DNA of 64,000 nucleotides from Chamaesiphon sp. (GTDB lineage Bacteria > Cyanobacteriota > Cyanobacteriia > Cyanobacteriales > Chamaesiphonaceae), in NCBI GenBank assembly GCA_965246715.1, contig CBDFFH010000046.1, positions 32,001 to 96,000 of the forward strand, given 5' to 3'. Made by a program: the position numbers and the translations under genes. Below are positions 30,431 through 40,778 of the stretch, piece by piece (the first letter of the stretch is position 1; each line of letters opens with the position of its first letter). The notes beneath the pieces were generated by a model, which was given only the letters and a program-made list of their open reading frames with translations, was not told the origin of the DNA and did no database searches.

Positions 30431-31821
30431 GCTGCCATCCCCCGCTGTTGCTCCTGCCAGCGATAGAAAGCCCACCCTGGTTTGTACTTCATCATCTGCG
30501 CGTACTTCGTCCAGATCGTGAGGGGCGGTTTTAGTTCCTCCAATCGAAATCTAATCCAAGCTGGTTTGTAGCCTTTCTCTCCAGCGTGGGCAACCAGATT
30601 CGCATAGATAATATCCCAAGCCCCTTCGCCAGTTACTTCGATGAGTTCTCGATCAAGGGGTAGTGCGTCGGCTAGGGGAATCAGTCGTTCTGGTTTAACT
30701 TTCACCTTCACCTGTCGATCGTCATCAACTTCTAATTCTTGTTTGCTCGGTGGCGTACCTTCAATCTGCCACTGGCGGGGGAAATCCGGTAAGCCATGAG
30801 TCGCCCAACTCTTGGTCATATCGATGATTAATCCGTGGGTTTTGCCCTCAGCTATCCGCAACACTCGCCCACACATTTGCAGGTATCTGGATAGAGATTT
30901 AGTCGGTCTAGCCAGCATCACACACTCCAACGCTGGGATATCTAACCCCTCATCAAATAATCCGACATTGGTTAAAACTTGAATCTTCCCCGCTTTAAAC
31001 CGTTCGAGAGTGCGTTTCCGATGTGCCCAATCGCTTTCTCCATCGAGGTGAGCGGTGGCGATACCTTCGATATTGAAGGTACACGCGATCGATTCTGAGT
31101 GTTCGATATTGATGGCAAATATTACCGTCTGTAAGCCATTGGCATATCGGCGATAACTATTTACCAGATGCCCCGCTACCTCCAAACTATCGTTAACTTG
31201 GGCGAGTTGAGATAGGGAATAGTCCCCACCGATCGATCGCACCCCTTTGACAATCATCGGGTTGGGATCTGCATACATTTTGAATGGGGACAGGTAGCCA
31301 GCCTTGATTAACTCAGCGGTACTCATACCGCACTCCAACACGTCGAACAGGTCATCGAACCCAGTTCCGTCGAGTCTGACTGGGGTAGCTGTCAAGCCGA
31401 GAATCTTCGAGTTGGGGAAGTTGTCTAAAATTGCCCTGTAACTGGCTGCGGTGGTGTGATGAGCTTCATCGATAATGATGAGATCGAAATGTCCCGATCG
31501 ATCTAAACGATTGACCAATGACTGCACCGAAGCCACCTGAACGGGGAAGAGTGGCGTTTCAGGATAACCCGCTTTAATAATCCCGATCCCACACTCGCAC
31601 CAGTGGGAGAGGTGGGAGTAGGCTTGAACTATTAATTCCTCTCGATGCGCCATCAGCAGGACTCTCAAACCTGCCCGTACAAAGTGAGAAGCGATCGCTC
31701 CAAAGATGACGGACTTACCGCCACCCGTGGGGAGTTGGGCGAGGATGCGGCGGTGAGTCTGCCATTGGTAGAAGATGCGACCGATCAGATCTGATTGGTA
31801 GGGTCGGAGGATGGGATTCAT
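30427..31821 (-). CDS. SF2 DEAD/DEAH-box helicase (phage-type)
   Basis: LRPYQ, LPTGGGKS, IIDEAHH, GLTATP, EGLDIP, QMCGRVLR; C-terminal YKPGW repeats. Confidence 0.93.
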   Translation of the reverse strand: MNPILRPYQSDLIGRIFYQWQTHRRILAQLPTGGGKSVIFGAIASHFVRAGLRVLLMAHREELIVQAYSHLSHWCECGIGIIKAGYPETPLFPVQVASVQSLVNRLDRSGHFDLIIIDEAHHTTAASYRAILDNFPNSKILGLTATPVRLDGTGFDDLFDVLECGMSTAELIKAGYLSPFKMYADPNPMIVKGVRSIGGDYSLSQLAQVNDSLEVAGHLVNSYRRYANGLQTVIFAINIEHSESIACTFNIEGIATAHLDGESDWAHRKRTLERFKAGKIQVLTNVGLFDEGLDIPALECVMLARPTKSLSRYLQMCGRVLRIAEGKTHGLIIDMTKSWATHGLPDFPRQWQIEGTPPSKQELEVDDDRQVKVKVKPERLIPLADALPLDRELIEVTGEGAWDIIYANLVAHAGEKGYKPAWIRFRLEELKPPLTIWTKYAQMMKYKPGWAFYRWQEQQRGMAA

Positions 31822-34800
31822 CAGGCTACCTCCAATTCATCGCAGGTGTAGCGACGGACGACTCGATCGGAATCCCAAACCACTGAATACAGATCGAGAT
31901 CGATCGATTCGATAGTCCCCAGATCTAACCCGCGCTCGTGGAAAGAATTAGATGGTTTGACTCGATCGCCAACTTTTAATTTAGAAAGATTCCCTAACTG
32001 TGTTTTTGATGGTGAAGGTGGTGAAGGTAGTGAAGGTGATTCTAGAGTGCTTACAGGGTAATCATTTTCAGCTTTCCTATTGCCTTCACCAGATAATGAA
32101 GGCTGGTGAAGACGGTGAAGGCTCGAATCATTTTCGCTCCCCGAACCTTCACTACCTTCACTAATGTTTTTGGCGTGGTGAAGGTCGGGTGAAGGGTCTG
32201 AAACCTTGTCAGCATCAGTACTTGAATCATCACCTTCACTACCTTCACCGCCTTCACCACTATTTTTATGTTTACCGAAAATATAATAATAATCAGTGTT
32301 ACCTTTTATCGAACGCTGGTGGATAGATTTACCATCTTTGCGAGGGGGAATCAGCCAGCCAAGACGCTGTAACTCCTTTACCAATTCAGTTTTATTGACA
32401 CCATCGCAAAACTCTCGATCGAATACTGACGTGGGAACTCGGAATTCCTCGGTTTGCCCCTCAGAGTCTATCTTTCGATATGCCAATAAACCCCGCACCT
32501 TTTGACCGCCATTATCCGGCAGTGTGAAAACTCGATCGCTAAACTCATTAGTGACTAATAGATGTTCGATGCGAGCGATCGCTTGTTTGACCTCGATCGA
32601 ACCGTCGCCACCTCGTTCTTTGAGCCATGAGTTGAAGCATGTAGAGATAGCCCACTCTATATCTTCGACATCGAAGGGGAGTAGGTCGTATTTATGGGCT
32701 AATCCGAGCGATACTTGCACCAGTGCGAACCGTTTGGCTACCCGTCCGATCGCGCTATCTTTAGTCCCCTCGCTTAATTTAGCGGCAATGAGTGTTACCT
32801 GTTTTGAGATGTTACCCGCAAATGTTGGATCGGCTGCATCTACCACCAACCGAGAGAGGAAAGCATCGAGAGCGGTACCGTGATGCTCTTTTACCGCAGC
32901 CTCCAAAGCCGAGACGAACTGAACGGCTGTATCCGCCCCGTGAATCGTTTCAAAACATCCATACAACGAACCATCTGGCACCGCTGGGATATTAGGAAGT
33001 CTGACTTCCTGACCACCTTTAATGGACTCACCAGCCAGTTCCATGAATTTACCGATTGTCGTTTCACCAGATGACAGCACTAGGGTTAGCCACACCTTGG
33101 GTTTTCGGTTCGTCCCGTCCTTCGTCGATCGCCCCTTACCGATGCCATTGCCCAACATATAGACAATCGCCCCGACCTTTCGCGGGTCAGCCTGATTTAG
33201 TTCGTCGAGTGGTAGACATAGGTGGTTAGATGCTGCTAAACCACCCTCTAGAGCGTTATCTGTAGTTCTCCAACTCGAAACAGTTTTCAGTCCAGTAACG
33301 GACGCGGCTACAGATAGAGTGGTGGTTTTCCCCTGAGATGTTGCACCGACATAATGAAAACCTCCCGACTCAACATCAGCAATGGGTAATAGTGGAGCTG
33401 CAAAACTGGAGCCGATCGCCAAAAGTAATCGAGAGTTACCCGCACATGGAGCTGCTACGTTATCTTTCCAGCCCTGTAATGTACCTTTTGTCTCTGTGAT
33501 GGCTTCTGGACTCGGATCTACATCCCGAAATTTCAGGTTTTCATCTCCATAGGTCTTATGTGGTAGAACGAATGAATTACCCACCCAGCCACTCGAATCG
33601 GTGATGGTGTAAGTTGTTTCGACATCAGACCCCAAACTTTGGATGTAATCGAGTAAGGCTCCTTTCTGTTTCCGCTTGAAGTTGTAACCACGGCTGAGAA
33701 GTCCCTCAGCGATCGCGCTACCATCGCCAGCTAAATAGGCTCTGAGCATCGTCCAGCGACGGATATCGCCCTTGAACGTTTTGAATTCTAGTAGCAATGC
33801 TGCGCCGTCTCGTTCGGGGTTATCGACGCAAGCGATCGCGGCTAGATGGTTCCCGATCGATTCTTCATCTCCATCAGAACTCACCTTGGCTAGACCAGTC
33901 TCGATCGAGCTACTAAAACGAGCAGGTTTATCAATTTTTTCCTTTACCCATGATTTCAGACAGTTGATTAAAAACTCTTCATTCTGAATACTCGGAGATG
34001 GTCTAAAATCCTGAGCTGATTTATAGATGCGATCACAATCTCGACCGCTCAATGGTGGCGTACATTTTTGACAGTATTCAGACAACAACTGATAAGAATC
34101 GCCATTCACATTTAACTGGTAAGTTTTCTTGCGATACTCAAAACTAATTGAAGGAACATGGGCAGCAACTCCAATCAGATCGCGGGCTAAAGAGCATCCC
34201 ATATCATCTCTACTCCCCTCATACACCCCGTTTTCTAAAGCCTCTCGATGTATTTTTGATAAACATCGCTCGATCGGGATTGGTGGCAATACTTCGTTAC
34301 TACTCTTCGTTGGCTTAGGTTTGGTTCGATTGGGTGGTGGTGAAGTCTTCTGCTTTGGTTTTTTTAATAAGTAATCCAACACCTTGTCAGGTAGTGGTGC
34401 GATCTCCGTGGTGTCTGGGGAGTTAAACCATAAATATTGTCCGGTATCGGGATGTACTGATGGAGGTAGCACCGACTGATGACCATCCCACCGAAATTCT
34501 AGCTGTCCCTCTTCCTGGGCTTTGCCAATTTTCTTGGTCTTAATACCATCCCAATGTTCTTCGGGAATGGTAAAGAGATACTGAGCGCGTCCATCTCTAC
34601 CACTGGTGAAAGAGACAGTGCGGGGAATATCGCTCTCCAGAATGTCCTTAAATCGCTGATGTGGAATATGCCCATCACAATCGATCGCCATAATCCCACC
34701 CGACAATTTACCAGCCAGGATGCCAAAGCCCTGAGCCTGTCCGCTATCGATATCGATAGCGATCGAGTCGCGAGGAACTGGGGTTTTCTGCCACCCTGTG

Positions 34801-34937
34801 GTGTAGGGGATTTTATTACCATTGACTGGGGTTAGTGCCCAATCAAGGGGGATTGTCTGTAGCGATCGAACTAACGATCTCGAACGCGCAAGCGCGCCGC
34901 CTAGCGGCGGTCGATCTCCTGATTCTGTTGTAGCCAT
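31821..34937 (-). CDS. Prim-Pol bifunctional primase/polymerase fused to DUF927 helicase
   Basis: N-terminal KIPYTTGWQ, AIDCDG, SVLPPSVHPDTGQY; central GWV...FVLP, GATSQGKTT, LDEL, LSSGE, GQEVR; ATG 34937 likely start (ORF open to 35093). Confidence 0.88.
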   Translation of the reverse strand: MATTESGDRPPLGGALARSRSLVRSLQTIPLDWALTPVNGNKIPYTTGWQKTPVPRDSIAIDIDSGQAQGFGILAGKLSGGIMAIDCDGHIPHQRFKDILESDIPRTVSFTSGRDGRAQYLFTIPEEHWDGIKTKKIGKAQEEGQLEFRWDGHQSVLPPSVHPDTGQYLWFNSPDTTEIAPLPDKVLDYLLKKPKQKTSPPPNRTKPKPTKSSNEVLPPIPIERCLSKIHREALENGVYEGSRDDMGCSLARDLIGVAAHVPSISFEYRKKTYQLNVNGDSYQLLSEYCQKCTPPLSGRDCDRIYKSAQDFRPSPSIQNEEFLINCLKSWVKEKIDKPARFSSSIETGLAKVSSDGDEESIGNHLAAIACVDNPERDGAALLLEFKTFKGDIRRWTMLRAYLAGDGSAIAEGLLSRGYNFKRKQKGALLDYIQSLGSDVETTYTITDSSGWVGNSFVLPHKTYGDENLKFRDVDPSPEAITETKGTLQGWKDNVAAPCAGNSRLLLAIGSSFAAPLLPIADVESGGFHYVGATSQGKTTTLSVAASVTGLKTVSSWRTTDNALEGGLAASNHLCLPLDELNQADPRKVGAIVYMLGNGIGKGRSTKDGTNRKPKVWLTLVLSSGETTIGKFMELAGESIKGGQEVRLPNIPAVPDGSLYGCFETIHGADTAVQFVSALEAAVKEHHGTALDAFLSRLVVDAADPTFAGNISKQVTLIAAKLSEGTKDSAIGRVAKRFALVQVSLGLAHKYDLLPFDVEDIEWAISTCFNSWLKERGGDGSIEVKQAIARIEHLLVTNEFSDRVFTLPDNGGQKVRGLLAYRKIDSEGQTEEFRVPTSVFDREFCDGVNKTELVKELQRLGWLIPPRKDGKSIHQRSIKGNTDYYYIFGKHKNSGEGGEGSEGDDSSTDADKVSDPSPDLHHAKNISEGSEGSGSENDSSLHRLHQPSLSGEGNRKAENDYPVSTLESPSLPSPPSPSKTQLGNLSKLKVGDRVKPSNSFHERGLDLGTIESIDLDLYSVVWDSDRVVRRYTCDELEVA
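32011..32258. repeat. Iteron-like cluster, candidate replication origin
   Basis: 14 copies of (G/A)GTGAAGG or close variants in alternating orientation within 248 bp. Confidence 0.8.
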
Positions 34938-35185
34938 AAGTGTTTCCCCTATTTGGCGGATTGAATAGTATCCAAGGGGCGAGTTATACTTATGGCTGAG
35001 TCGTGCCACAAGTATTCGATCGATTGGAGTTCCGCCCCTGGTAACTCCAATCCGAGCAAAAACCTTCAGAGTTAAGATCTGGGGGTTTTGCAATTTAGGG
35101 GGGTATCCCCAAACCAGAATTTGACATAGAGTTGAGATCTGTTTTTACGTTTTTTCGCCATCAGCGATGAGGCGATTTTTTATAT

Positions 35186-35458
35186 TTAGGCAGCAGCTTT
35201 ACGCCCTCTTTTCCGAGGTGCATTACTCGGTCTGGAGTCTTGCACTAATTCGATCGCCCTGGCTTGTGCAGCGATATCGTCGGGGTCTAGTTGCCAATCC
35301 TTTAGAAGTGGAAGGCAGTAGCGAATCATCTTGTATCCAATTTTGGTGTAGACGTGTGGAGGAATATCGCCCCTGAGTCGCCGTTTCTTCAAGGTGTCTG
35401 TAGCCATACCTATCACTTTCGCGGCATCCTTTTCAGGGGTATCAAAGTTGAAATTCAT
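35186..35458 (-). CDS. Excisionase/AlpA-like HTH protein
   Basis: PEKDAAKVIGMATDTLKKRRLRG...YTKIGYKMIRY winged-HTH pattern; ATG 35458 with AAGACATG context. Confidence 0.75.
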   Translation of the reverse strand: MNFNFDTPEKDAAKVIGMATDTLKKRRLRGDIPPHVYTKIGYKMIRYCLPLLKDWQLDPDDIAAQARAIELVQDSRPSNAPRKRGRKAAA

Positions 35459-35564
35459 GTCTTTACGTGGAGATAAGTGGTTTATCACTGTGGATAATTT
35501 ACTCCAGCCCAAGAGAACCAGAGGACGTTTAAATGTGACTTTTTCCACCGAATCCACAAATACG

Positions 35565-36644
35565 TTATCTAGCACGACTGTTCTCTATGCAGTTCCAGCA
35601 CAAGTTTTTCGTACCGAACACATACAGTACTTTCTTTTCCCCATTACATTCAGGACAATTGTGGCGTTTATCATCGAATGCTTTTTCAAAATTTTTTCTG
35701 GAGAATCGAGTCTTTTTCTTGTTGAGAGCATGTGGTCGCGATCTACTGTTTCTTGTAGTGCCAGCAGAATATTTTTTCTCGCACTTCTTACATTTTGAGA
35801 GTTCTTTTCCTCGTGGGCGGATCATCAATTCATTACAGAAATCACAATCAGGGGAACCGCAAGGCTTGAAATCTTCCCCTGAATAGAGAATGTTGACATC
35901 TTCTTGACAGATAGGACAAATAAATGAGTGGTAATCTGTTTTGGTATGATTCGCAAAATTAGTAAGCCGTTTAGCTATACGAAAACTGGCTATTTTCAAT
36001 TCCTCCATTTCAGGATCGGTATCTGAAATAATATTTGTAATAGTCATAAAAGCAATATAGTGTAGCTTCGCCTCTGTGTATTCAGGATATTTGTCTAGAA
36101 GTGGACGATCTTTCAACCAAAGATTACTGGGACTACTGTAAGGCTTTTGATTAGTTCTTGCCTCAATAATTCTAGATAATTCATCTCCTACTTCTTTTGC
36201 CCCAGAGCCTCTGCTATTTCCCAGCATAAAATTAAACCATCTCATGATGACAATACTTCGCCACACCAAGACAAAACTAAGACCTGCTTTATCACACTGT
36301 TTTTTATAATTATGATATTTGTCTAAATATATCTGGAGAATTTTCTTGGCATTAGGATCGTTACATGTATGTATGAATTTTTCTGGATCGAAGGTAGCAG
36401 CGTGATCTATCAAGAATCGATTGTTGAGCATCATGATTTTACGAATATTTTCTCCACTCCATTTGTTTGAAATCATTTCCATTGATTTCGTAGATGGCAC
36501 ACATGTGCCAAAGATATTAACACATAAGAATATTTCTAGATTCTTTATTTCCTCTGCTGACAATCCGTATCCCTTTAGAACATCAGCGTTAAATATTACT
36601 TCCATTTTTACAATTCCATCAATATTGTTTAGCGATCGCAGCAC
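35565..36644 (-). CDS. Hypothetical protein with Cys-rich (zinc-binding-like) C-terminus
   Basis: CPIC, CGSPDCDFC, CKKC, CPEC, CWNC; AT-rich; start uncertain. Confidence 0.75.
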   Translation of the reverse strand: MLRSLNNIDGIVKMEVIFNADVLKGYGLSAEEIKNLEIFLCVNIFGTCVPSTKSMEMISNKWSGENIRKIMMLNNRFLIDHAATFDPEKFIHTCNDPNAKKILQIYLDKYHNYKKQCDKAGLSFVLVWRSIVIMRWFNFMLGNSRGSGAKEVGDELSRIIEARTNQKPYSSPSNLWLKDRPLLDKYPEYTEAKLHYIAFMTITNIISDTDPEMEELKIASFRIAKRLTNFANHTKTDYHSFICPICQEDVNILYSGEDFKPCGSPDCDFCNELMIRPRGKELSKCKKCEKKYSAGTTRNSRSRPHALNKKKTRFSRKNFEKAFDDKRHNCPECNGEKKVLYVFGTKNLCWNCIENSRAR

Positions 36645-37747
36645 AAAATCGAGTAAATAGCGATCAATAATCAGGAGCTATCAAATCTTTCTTTTTCCCT
36701 GCGTAGTGCCGATAAATCATTTCTGGGCTATTGCCAACAAGCCTCGCGACATCCTTAGCATCCATGCCAGAGTCTAAGCAGAACGTTATATAGGTATGCC
36801 TACAGTGATAGATCCCCCGCTCCACTATCCCTAAACTAGTTAGAACTTTCCGCCATTCTCGATCAGCAAATCGATCGATGTTGATAAATTTACTCTCGAC
36901 CGATAAAAACAAAAACCGCTCTGGATCTGGTGAATCTCCCACCAACGATCCCAAGAACATCTGCAATCCTTCACCACACGGGAAGACTCGCTGAGATTGT
37001 GTCTTTAGCCCCTGCTTTAGCTTTAAACCGCTCTCGCTCCAAGTTATAGACTGGCAGAAAGTTATCGATCGATACTCCTTCCCAAGATGCTTAATTTGGA
37101 GCGCGATCGCCTCTGATGGTCTGGCTCCCGTTCGGAATAAAAATTCCACCAGTGGCGCATAGTGGCTCCCATTATCTTTTAACCTTTGAACGATCGAATT
37201 TCGCTCTTCTGACGTGAAGGCATTAATGTCTTCCTCCTCACTCTTCCTTACTGATTTGATATCAGCAGACATCCCAATGAACGGGTTACTATCGACCAGA
37301 TTCGACAGAATACCCCAATTACAAGCGGCTGTGAGTTTAGATAAAACTCGTTTGGCAGTATTGGGCGAAGTATTCTTGACAAGGTGATCTCTAATAACCA
37401 CTGCGTCAGCTAACTTCGCCGATGGAAATTTCCTGATATTCAGTCGCACTCGATCGAAGTCCTTTGCGATCGTCGTCTGAGATAGTTGGGGGCGTTTGTA
37501 ATCCGTGTACCGCTCCCACAATTCAACCAGTGTCAAGTTCTCCGCTGGTGGTTGCTCCGGTTCGATAGTAGCAAGTCGTTTGTATTTTTCCAGAGTGGGA
37601 TCGAAAAGGTTTGGGTCGAAGCGGGAACCACGAATATCTTTTTCAATCCACTGTCTAACCGTCTCCGCATAATATCGATTAGCTTTGGAGTCAGACACTC
37701 CCAACGATAGATAATTGCGCTTCTTTTGGTGGGTAAAGACGATCTGA

Positions 37748-38664
37748 GAACCTGTTTGAAAAGTTTGAGGATAGCTTACCCAGCATGAGTTTTAGGCTCT
37801 AATCGACGAACCATCAAATGAACCATAGCAGCAAACAGCATCATTTCGCTGGTAGTGGGCAAAAATTCATAGTCTTTACTTAAACGCCGATAATGTCCAA
37901 ACCAGGAGTAAGTCCGCTCCACCACCCAACGTTTAGGAATAACCTGAAAACCAGGTTTCTCATCAGTACGCTTGAGATGTTCCAACTTCCAGCCAAACTG
38001 TCGTTCGATCTTTGCCACAAATTCCTTACCAGCAAAGGTGCTGTCGATCCAAATCACTTGCAGGCACTGCCATAACCAAGCCCAGAACGTGGCTAGTAAA
38101 ATCATCCCCGCATGGTCGGAGCGTCCAGCACTATGCACACAGACACCCAGCAGCAGACCCATTGTATCGACCAAGATGGTTCGTTTACGTCCTTTAACCT
38201 TCTTGCCACCATCAAATCCGATCTCCTCACCCCCACTGGCTGTTTTCACCGATTGACTATCCACGCTCCCTGCACTCGGTTGGGCATTTCTTCCGGCTGC
38301 TAGTCGCACCTTTACTCGTAATTCATGATTGAGTTTCTGCCATGTCCCATCTGCCTCCCATGCGCGGAAATAGGTGTAAACACTCGGCCATTTTGGTAGG
38401 TCATGGGGCATTGCTCGCCATTTAATCCCGTTAGCCAGCAGATAGAAGATTGCATTGAGCACTTCTCTCATCTCTAAGCTCCGAGGACGACCTCCTTGTT
38501 TGGCCGCCGGAATATACGGTTCTAAAATTTGCCACTGGTCATCTGTGAGGTCTGTGTCGTATGCTAGTCGTGTCATTATAAGGGTCTGTTTTTAGACCCT
38601 TTTACTTTACAATTGCCTTGTCACAGAGGCTCAGAGGCGTTCTCAATACTTTTCAAACAGCTTC
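37748..38664 (-). mobile_element. IS5-family insertion sequence (917 bp)
   Basis: TIR GAAsCTGTTTGAAAAGT at both ends; TGA target duplication at 37745-37747 and 38665-38667. Confidence 0.92.
37776..38576 (-). CDS. IS5-family transposase
   Basis: YDTDLTDDQW, DSQSVKT, DGGKKVKGRKR, RWVVERTYSW, RRLSKDYE. Confidence 0.95.
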   Translation of the reverse strand: MTRLAYDTDLTDDQWQILEPYIPAAKQGGRPRSLEMREVLNAIFYLLANGIKWRAMPHDLPKWPSVYTYFRAWEADGTWQKLNHELRVKVRLAAGRNAQPSAGSVDSQSVKTASGGEEIGFDGGKKVKGRKRTILVDTMGLLLGVCVHSAGRSDHAGMILLATFWAWLWQCLQVIWIDSTFAGKEFVAKIERQFGWKLEHLKRTDEKPGFQVIPKRWVVERTYSWFGHYRRLSKDYEFLPTTSEMMLFAAMVHLMVRRLEPKTHAG

Positions 38665-38884
38665 TGAAGTCTCCCGTTGGAAACTTTTACCTTGGGTTCC
38701 CCTGCTGGTGTCTTATTCATAGTGCAAAAATACTATATGTTCTAGATTTTACACCAGCATTTAACCCGAACTTACCCCAATAAACACGATTATTTTGGAG
38801 TTCTACCCCAACAAGACTAAATTTTAATGAAGGATATGAACACAAAAACCCCCAAACCTCTAGGGAATGGGGGTTTTTAGTTAG

Positions 38885-38956
<72 letters not shown>

Positions 38957-38966
38957 GCAGCTTACT

Positions 38967-38994
38967 ATTATAGCAAAATTTTGAGATAAGGCAA
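38967..38994 (-). promoter_or_regulatory. tRNA-Cys promoter
   Basis: TTGCCT-N16-TATAAT with TGn extension. Confidence 0.6.
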
Positions 38995-39120
38995 GCACTT
39001 CCCGATCTTCTCAGTAACGAGCGTCTTGAAACTTTTGTATTATAAATGGTGTTTTAAGTCAAGTAATCAACAACCAAATTTCGATCGACCTTCGACTAAT
39101 TCTAAAATTGTCACCTTATT

Positions 39121-39278
39121 TAACCCAAGTTGCTACCTAATAGAATGCCTACGATTGAAATCGTGGCTAATGTTGCAAAGTCCGCCTTCGCGGACTAGTT
39201 TATTAGTCCGCGAAGGCGGACTTTGCATTCCGAGGAGCGGTTTCTAACCGCTTAGGTTATGGGTAGCAACTTGGGTTA
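39121..39278. repeat. MITE-like dispersed repeat (TAACCCAAGTTGCTACC ends)
   Basis: 17-bp TIR and central GTCCGCCTTCGCGGAC double hairpin; homologue at 11186-11367. Confidence 0.8.
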
Positions 39279-39550
39279 TTTAATTCGAGCAACCGCTCTG
39301 GAATACCTGACTGCCATAAGTATGTTAATAAAGAAATAGCAATGGTTGAGTATCGATCGAAAGTAGACAATCGGTAGACATTTCCGGATTGTTAACTAAC
39401 AAATTGGATCTTATTAGTAGTGGAACGGCAATATTGTCATTAATTAGCAGTGGTGCCCCTGTATTAAACCCTCGCTAGCTGGGAATCATAACTGATATAC
39501 TATCCGGTTCAATCGATCGTCATACCGCAGAGCGGCAATAGTTACTGTAG

Positions 39551-40549
39551 ATGCAATTCCATATTCAACCTGACAGCGAAATTCCGGCATCTAAGCAATT
39601 GTACGACCAGATGCTATTTGCGATCGCCTCCAGACAATTTTCACCCGGACATCGACTTCCGAGTACGCGTCAATTGGCGATGCAGACGGGATTGCATCGA
39701 AATACGATCGGTAAAGTCTACAGTCAACTCGAAAGAACCGGACTGGTGGAATCGGTGGCGGGTTCGGGGATCTATGTCAAATCGCTGGGACATGAGAGCA
39801 ATCATCTCATCGCTAATTCCCAGATCGATCCCAGTCTATCGGCGCTGGAATTAGTGTCTCAAAGCCTGAATAATCTCCTCGCTCAAGGTTACTCACTCAC
39901 TCAATCGCGAGAATTATTCTTAACCGAAATCGATTGGCGGTGGCGGTGTAGCGCTAGAGTCTTCGTTACCGTGCCTAGAGTTGAAATTGGTGCGGGAGAG
40001 TTGATGCTCCAAGAATTGCAACAGTCGCTTGGCATTCCCGTGCAACTAGTCACGCTTGAAAAATTAGAAACACATCTAGCCGAAACTCATGCAGCTACTG
40101 TCGTTACCAGTCGTTATTTCATCGGGAATGTCGAAGCAAAATTAGCTAAAAGCGAGCTACTCACCCCTCGATCGATCCGCGTGATTCCAGTCGATTTGCA
40201 AGACTATGAAAAAGAGTTATCGCTAGTCAAAACTCTCCCTAAAAATAGCTATGTCGGCATTGTCAGCCTCAGTGCAGGCATTCTTGCCGTTGCGGAGATG
40301 ATGGTACATAGTATGCGCGGTGACGACCTGTTGGTGATGGCTTGTCAGACCAAAGATAATTATAAACTCAATGCCACGATCCGCCGCGCACATACGATTA
40401 TCAGCGATCGTGCCAGCCTCAATCTCGTCCATCAAGCGATCGAAGCCGCTGGTGACGATCTAATCCGGATTCCGCAAGTCGTCGAAAGTGAGAGCTATAT
40501 CGGGCCAAAGTCGATTAATTTACTCAAGCGCGAACTCGGCTTGATTTAA
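39551..40549 (+). CDS. plmA: GntR-family regulator PlmA
   Basis: MQFHIQPDSEIPASKQL, RLPSTRQLAMQTGLHRNTI, LLKRELGL. Confidence 0.9.
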   Translation: MQFHIQPDSEIPASKQLYDQMLFAIASRQFSPGHRLPSTRQLAMQTGLHRNTIGKVYSQLERTGLVESVAGSGIYVKSLGHESNHLIANSQIDPSLSALELVSQSLNNLLAQGYSLTQSRELFLTEIDWRWRCSARVFVTVPRVEIGAGELMLQELQQSLGIPVQLVTLEKLETHLAETHAATVVTSRYFIGNVEAKLAKSELLTPRSIRVIPVDLQDYEKELSLVKTLPKNSYVGIVSLSAGILAVAEMMVHSMRGDDLLVMACQTKDNYKLNATIRRAHTIISDRASLNLVHQAIEAAGDDLIRIPQVVESESYIGPKSINLLKRELGLI

Positions 40550-40778
40550 GCGGCGATTGCTTTTTGCCGATCGGAGCGGGAGCAATCGGCAGGTCGAATA
40601 CCGAGCTAATGAGCGATACATAATTCAATCTAAAAACTATGCATGACGATCGCTATCTGTTCGCTATTTCCGAACATAGTTGGAATGCGTAAAGATCCGA
40701 GTACCTGTTAGCTATTTTCCGAAAATCACTACTAATTTAGGGAGCAAAAAAACCGCCAAATAGCTGTATTTGTAACCG

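Larger units (their letters stand above)
36664..38720 (-). pseudogene. Tyrosine integrase with N-terminal arm-binding domain, interrupted by IS
   Basis: RTGARPSE, YHCRHT, HY motifs; removing 37748-38667 restores MNKTPAGEPKVKVSNGRLQ|IVFTHQKKRNYLSLGVSDSKANR, 378 aa. Confidence 0.9.
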
